Shown here: one piece after another, positions 59,899-64,000 of the stretch | How the letters are laid out: every line of letters starts with the position of its first letter | Position numbering within the stretch: the stretch's first letter is position 1 | Virus record (IMG/VR): IMGVR_UViG_3300012003_000002 | Span: 1 to 64,000 of that record | DNA length: 64,000 nt | Strand: one strand, 5' to 3' | Origin: a virus | Position numbers and translations under genes: made by a program | The notes under the pieces: model-generated | The model's input: only the letters and a program-made list of their open reading frames with translations | Databases searched by the model: none | Told to the model about the DNA's origin: nothing

Positions 59899-60279
59899 TT
59901 ATTCGTTTGTTTGTAAATCTTTAGAATTTGTAAATCTTGTTTTAATTAATCTATCTTCAATAATAGCAAATATCTTACCATCAAATTCAATAGGATCTAA
60001 TTTAATTGTGGTAAAATCTTCATGTGAATTATTAGGATTAATTTGTTTACTTAACATTTTATCTAAATCAAGTCTAATCTTATCACCTACTTCGATATTA
60101 TGACAGTTTGGACCTTTTGCTATAATGTATTGAAATTGACTCATTGCATTATCAGATAAATCTAAACTATCTAATGTATCTTCTGTATTTAAAGTAATTA
60201 CTACTTTGTTAAACATTGGTTGCTCCAACCATTCTTTACTAATCTCTAAAGCATCATATGCTGTTACGTTCTCTTTCAT
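59899..60279 (-). CDS. groES: GroES-like co-chaperonin
   Basis: QPMFNKVVIT (cf. RPLHDRVIV), IIAKGP..IEVGDKI, IEFDGKIFAIIEDRLI. Confidence 0.72.
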   Translation of the reverse strand: MKENVTAYDALEISKEWLEQPMFNKVVITLNTEDTLDSLDLSDNAMSQFQYIIAKGPNCHNIEVGDKIRLDLDKMLSKQINPNNSHEDFTTIKLDPIEFDGKIFAIIEDRLIKTRFTNSKDLQTNE

Positions 60280-60553
60280 CTTTTTCTTCCTTACTTTTTT
60301 GTAATCTATATTTATGTTTATCTACTATTTCTCCTGATGTATATACTTTCCCTAAGTATTTAAAAAAGAAGTTTGTTTTTAAATTATCAATCTCTTCCGC
60401 AGTCATTGTATCTAATAACATTTTCCTAATCTCCTCATACATAAACCTGAATTGTGATTCGACTATCTCTCTTACTTCACAATCTCTAAGATTATTATTT
60501 AAACCTATTGTATGAATAATATCATTTACTTTCTTTTCTTGAATTTTATCCAT
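60254..60553 (-). CDS. HU/IHF-like protein
   Basis: Two helices then NFFFKYLGKVY strand-turn. Confidence 0.5.
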   Translation of the reverse strand: MDKIQEKKVNDIIHTIGLNNNLRDCEVREIVESQFRFMYEEIRKMLLDTMTAEEIDNLKTNFFFKYLGKVYTSGEIVDKHKYRLQKSKEEKDERERNSI

Positions 60554-60932
60554 CTATAATTTTAAAATTAATATTAATAGTAAATACTTTATTCTTTTTA
60601 TTCATTTGAGGAATATATACAGAAGATATTTCATTATCAATTATAACCTTATTTTTTCTAAGTTTTGTATATATATTTTCTAAACCTTGTGTTGTAATAC
60701 CTAATTCATCTGTAATTAAAATTTTAGTATCATAATCAAATACTGTCTTCCATAAAATTTTATTATTAGTAATCTCTTTAGAAAACTGATAATGATAATA
60801 TAATAACAAAGCAACTACTGTATATTGTTGTTTCTGAAGTTTATGAAAAGGTTGTAAAAACTCAATATATCTGAAAAAGAAATTTTTAACCTTTACATTT
60901 ATAGTTGCATTTTTAACATTCTCCACTTTCAT
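60546..60932 (-). CDS. Winged-HTH DNA-binding protein
   Basis: ITDELGITTQGLENIYTKLRKNKVI helix-turn-helix. Confidence 0.65.
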   Translation of the reverse strand: MKVENVKNATINVKVKNFFFRYIEFLQPFHKLQKQQYTVVALLLYYHYQFSKEITNNKILWKTVFDYDTKILITDELGITTQGLENIYTKLRKNKVIIDNEISSVYIPQMNKKNKVFTININFKIIDG

Positions 60933-61095
60933 TTTTTTTTATAAAACCTTCTCTAACTACTTTAACTTCTGAATTTAATACATATTGTATTTCTCCTAAT
61001 TTTAATTTATAAGAATTACATTCATTAGTTTTATTTTCTAATTGTTGTAATAAATATTTAATTAAATCTTGATGTTGAATTATTAAATCTTCCAT
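60913..61095 (-). CDS. Hypothetical coiled-coil protein
   Basis: Operon-packed ORF. Confidence 0.55.
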   Translation of the reverse strand: MEDLIIQHQDLIKYLLQQLENKTNECNSYKLKLGEIQYVLNSEVKVVREGFIKKNESGEC

Positions 61096-61101
61096 TTATA
61101 A

Positions 61102-61428
61102 TTAATATTTAGGTTTAATCTTCTGTTCTTTATTATATTCAAATATGTTTTTATATTCTTTTACTTCGTTTACTGAATTACATCGTTGACATATTTCATT
61201 ACCATCATCATCTACTTCATATTGATTTGGTACAACTAATGTACCACAATGTTTACAAGCAAAGACTGGTTCGTTATCATAATCTTTCTTATTCATTTTA
61301 ATTTCATTTATTTTATCTTTTATATCTTGTTGCCATTCTGTATCATAGAATGGAAACGGGCTCATCTTATTATGATACTCCACATACTTATATAGTGAGT
61401 TAAGATGTTTGAGTATTTGTTTGTTCAT
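61102..61428 (-). CDS. Zn-ribbon protein
   Basis: YDNEPVFACKHC...CQRCNS. Confidence 0.7.
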   Translation of the reverse strand: MNKQILKHLNSLYKYVEYHNKMSPFPFYDTEWQQDIKDKINEIKMNKKDYDNEPVFACKHCGTLVVPNQYEVDDDGNEICQRCNSVNEVKEYKNIFEYNKEQKIKPKY

Positions 61429-61603
61429 ATTTCGTTTTAATATTTAATAGTATTAACCATCCTTCATCTTCTTTACTTACATTTACAGTATAACTAAACC
61501 TTGGATATTTACCTGTAAATAATTCCATTTTAGTTTGAAAGGTATCTAATTGATCTAATGCTTTTTTTAAATCCTTTTCAAAGATTGTATATTCTTTATT
61601 CAT
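61400..61603 (-). CDS. Hypothetical protein
   Basis: Operon-packed ORF. Confidence 0.6.
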   Translation of the reverse strand: MNKEYTIFEKDLKKALDQLDTFQTKMELFTGKYPRFSYTVNVSKEDEGWLILLNIKTKYEQTNTQTS

Positions 61604-61886
61604 TTATTTTATTATCTATTTTATATAATTCCCAATCTATCTTACTCATTAGATCTGGAAAACGATCCCCATTATTACAGGATTTACTAACGTACATTTT
61701 TCCTGGCACATCACATCCGCAGTATTTACATTGTTTTGTAATCATACAATCATCTTTACATTGTAGCATTCTATAAGATACTTGTTCTTGTAAGTGTTTA
61801 GATTCAAATCCTAATTTATTTAAAAACATTTTAGAATTACCTTCAATATATTGTTTTATATTATTAATAGTTATTTTATGCTTCAT
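61596..61886 (-). CDS. Cys-rich metal-binding protein
   Basis: R..CKDDC...QCKYCGC....K.....C pattern. Confidence 0.65.
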   Translation of the reverse strand: MKHKITINNIKQYIEGNSKMFLNKLGFESKHLQEQVSYRMLQCKDDCMITKQCKYCGCDVPGKMYVSKSCNNGDRFPDLMSKIDWELYKIDNKINE

Positions 61887-62121
61887 TACTAAGTCGACTA
61901 AGTATTAAACTTTTCTCCATTGAATCTAAATCTCTACTAATTAACTCTGGTACAATATTATCAATATTATCTTCTGTAACAGGTTCTGGTAATATTTTAA
62001 GATAATCAGATAATTCATTAATCTGTTTTAGTTTAGTATAAAATATTTTAACTTGTTTTTTAGTGTTAAGTTTATCTAAAACATTTTTCTTTCTAATTCC
62101 GTTTTTATTGAATGTATGCAT
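61876..62121 (-). CDS. Hypothetical protein
   Basis: Operon-packed ORF. Confidence 0.6.
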   Translation of the reverse strand: MHTFNKNGIRKKNVLDKLNTKKQVKIFYTKLKQINELSDYLKILPEPVTEDNIDNIVPELISRDLDSMEKSLILSRLSNEA

Positions 62122-62123
62122 TT

Positions 62124-62327
62124 TTATAATCTATTAAATTTTAAATATTTAGGATTTTCTTTACTCCATCTAATTCTATATTCTTCTAATTCATTATCAG
62201 TTTTAGTTGGAAATATATTTCTCCAATATTCTAATTCTTTAGGATTGTTCTTATTATTCATAAATATTCTATTTTCGTATTTAATTTCTTCTTCAGTTCT
62301 TAAATCTATAAGTTCTCCGTTTCTCAT
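62124..62327 (-). CDS. Hypothetical protein
   Basis: TAATG-coupled ORF. Confidence 0.6.
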   Translation of the reverse strand: MRNGELIDLRTEEEIKYENRIFMNNKNNPKELEYWRNIFPTKTDNELEEYRIRWSKENPKYLKFNRL

Positions 62328-62599
62328 TAAAATGTAGTATTTAAAATTTTAGTATCTATTATTGTATCTCCAGCTTTATTAAATATTAAATGTTTCTTTA
62401 AGTATCCAGTCTTGTTTCTAGCAAAGATTTGAACTGTTGGTATATTACCCTCTCCTATAAAGATCCCTACGTTTAAATCATTAATTCTGTTACCTCTCCA
62501 TTTCTTAGTATAATGATTATACATATTGAAAATATCTTTTTGATTATCTATAATATGATTCTCTATCTCGGTAACTTTATTTTGTATATTTATTAACAT
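62327..62599 (-). CDS. Hypothetical protein
   Basis: Operon-packed ORF. Confidence 0.6.
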   Translation of the reverse strand: MLINIQNKVTEIENHIIDNQKDIFNMYNHYTKKWRGNRINDLNVGIFIGEGNIPTVQIFARNKTGYLKKHLIFNKAGDTIIDTKILNTTF

Positions 62600-62744
62600 C
62601 TTTATCTTTTATTGGTTTAATTATTAAATTACAGTTTATACAATTTCCTGTAAAACTATTTGGTCTTGGTAAATTACATCTACATTCTAATTGTTGAAAA
62701 TTATTCCATTCTTCATTAAAATAAATTCTTTTGTCTTCTTCCAT
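62577..62744 (-). CDS. Small Cys-containing protein (55 aa; not in ORF track)
   Basis: MEEDKRIYF...CRC...CINC; TAATG coupling. Confidence 0.55.
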   Translation of the reverse strand: MEEDKRIYFNEEWNNFQQLECRCNLPRPNSFTGNCINCNLIIKPIKDKDVNKYTK

Positions 62745-62986
62745 TATAAGGTTTCTTTAAATCTATTTACTAAGAAGTTAGTAAAATCATTATTTTTAAA
62801 TACTCCATTTAAATTAATATACATTCTAATATCTATTGAAGTCTTATCTGGTAAAGTTACTCTACATTTATTTTGTATTAATAACTTTGACCAATCTTCA
62901 AATCCAATAGGTTGTTGATCGTTATAAACAATCTCTATATTAAAATCACAATCTTGTTCTAGTTTATTACATTTAAAACCTGTCAT
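62744..62986 (-). CDS. Hypothetical protein, first gene after the 63010 promoter
   Basis: ORF directly downstream of promoter. Confidence 0.6.
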   Translation of the reverse strand: MTGFKCNKLEQDCDFNIEIVYNDQQPIGFEDWSKLLIQNKCRVTLPDKTSIDIRMYINLNGVFKNNDFTNFLVNRFKETL

Positions 62987-63009
62987 TAAGCTTATTTTTA
63001 AATTCTATA

Positions 63010-63040
63010 CAAAGGTAATCAATTAAAATGACATATGCAA
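63010..63040 (-). promoter_or_regulatory. Bacteroidota-type promoter
   Basis: TTGC-N19-TACCTTTG. Confidence 0.75.
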
Positions 63041-63102
63041 GCTTTTTATCATTTATTTTACAAAAATATGTAAAATAATTTATTTAAATGACAATTAGAC
63101 AT

Positions 63103-63134
63103 AAAAAAACCCTTCTCAATTAAGAGAAAGGTTT
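63103..63134 (-). terminator. Intrinsic terminator
   Basis: AAACCTTTCTC-TTAATT-GAGAAGGGTTTTTTT. Confidence 0.85.
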
Positions 63135-63447
63135 ATATATAAGTTACCCATAACCATAATATTGTAATTTACAAATAATTAGTTAATAATTAGTTAATAA
63201 TTAAACACAAAAGGGTTTCCCAAGAAATCTAATTCTTAGGAACCACTTGGCTTATATAGTTTGTTGAAGTCGTCATACCCTTAAACCCGTTATCTATTCA
63301 CATATCTTCTTTTGCCCTAGATTGTATATTAAATATACTGTGAAATAGCAACAACCACCTATATAAGTTGCGTAATTATGTCTTGTTATTAAATTGTCTA
63401 ATATTAATTCTGTTTAAAACTGTCTAAATTAATTATCTTTTTAATAA
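63103..63447 (-). ncRNA. Candidate stand-alone structured ncRNA (about 345 nt)
   Basis: Own promoter and terminator; ATG-ORFs found are 15 aa or less; stems CTTATATAG/CTATATAAG, CTATTTCACA/TGTGAATAG, GGTTCCTAAGAA/TTCTTGGGAAACC. Confidence 0.6.
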
Positions 63448-63452
63448 CAGTA

Positions 63453-63531
63453 CAAAGATACAACATTTATTTGTAAATTCCTAATAAAAAGTAATTTATT
63501 TTACATAAATTGTTAATCACCTATAGCGTTT
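63453..63531 (-). promoter_or_regulatory. Promoter with upstream AAACGCTAT box
   Basis: TAGG-N19-TATCTTTG (63453-63483); box at 63523-63531. Confidence 0.78.
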
Positions 63532-63534
63532 ATG

Positions 63535-63864
63535 TTATTTCTTATTTAAGAACTTATCTATTTTATTAAATATCCAACCTGTTAAGTAAGCTTGCGATTC
63601 ATCATTATCAATATCTAACTCAACACATCTATCTTTAAATATATAATTAACTAAGTGAGTTACTTCATGTGCTATAATAGATCCTTCACTATATTCAAAT
63701 GCTATAATATATTCACTATGTTTATTAGGAACTCTCATTGTAACTGCACCATAATCTGATAAATCAATTGTTTTATACTTTTTAGTTATATACGATAAGT
63801 CTTTATCTAATATTATAGTTAATTTACATTGATAAATTGGTATTTTAATGGTTTTCTTTCTCAT
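63535..63864 (-). CDS. Small zincin-like HEXXH protein
   Basis: IIAHEVTH...DESQAYL. Confidence 0.7.
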   Translation of the reverse strand: MRKKTIKIPIYQCKLTIILDKDLSYITKKYKTIDLSDYGAVTMRVPNKHSEYIIAFEYSEGSIIAHEVTHLVNYIFKDRCVELDIDNDESQAYLTGWIFNKIDKFLNKK

Positions 63865-63868
63865 AGAT

Positions 63869-64000
63869 TTATATTATTTTGTTATATTTAGCTAAATTGT
63901 CTTTAGCCCATAATGGTTGTAGATTAGTATAATGATTTAACTTATATAAATCATCTATTGTTTGTGCTGATGATATAGGTATAATATGATCTATATGTAA
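63869..64000 (-). CDS. HNH endonuclease, C-terminal fragment (starts beyond window)
   Basis: LHIDHIIP...NHYTNLQPLWAKDNLAK. Confidence 0.85.
   Translation of the reverse strand, partial: LHIDHIIPISSAQTIDDLYKLNHYTNLQPLWAKDNLAKYNKII

Noticed and set aside
58486-60515. + strand ORFs 58486-58938, 59654-60103 and 60258-60515
   Set aside because: Antisense shadows of groEL, groES and neighbouring genes.
1-64000. tRNA or rRNA genes
   Set aside because: No cloverleaf with a T-loop consensus seen in the intergenic gaps by eye; tRNAscan-SE would confirm.

Overview
A 64-kb segment of a very AT-rich, standard-code crAss-like phage (Crassvirales-type, phi14:2-like architecture) with a Bacteroidota host, judged from TAnnTTTG promoters and AT-rich leaders without obvious Shine-Dalgarno sequences. 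The + strand (1-7.3 kb) carries the end of a replication/nucleotide-metabolism block: class II RNR interrupted by a group I intron that holds a GIY-YIG endonuclease and a second small ORF, two structured intergenic RNAs, an SF2 helicase, MazG-like proteins and a metallophosphoesterase. A bidirectional terminator at about 7.36 kb separates it from the - strand virion block. Read from the right, that block has small genes, GroES-like and GroEL-like chaperonins, TerL, portal, scaffold-like protein, MCP, ring and auxiliary capsid proteins, fibres, a lysis cassette, muzzle, cargo proteins and three giant ejection proteins. One of these is the virion RNA polymerase, whose DFD|IDK catalytic motif is split by a 254-nt group I intron; a ferritin gene follows it. 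Main findings: (1) the three giant ejection proteins have only four Cys in 5,400 residues, all at facing termini, suggesting a head-to-tail disulfide chain; (2) an AAACGCTAT box sits exactly 70 nt from the -7 element of three promoters; (3) a promoter-to-terminator unit of about 345 nt has no ORF and looks like a structured ncRNA; (4) a GroEL/GroES pair is coupled to terL. All calls come from motif reading and synteny, not database searches.
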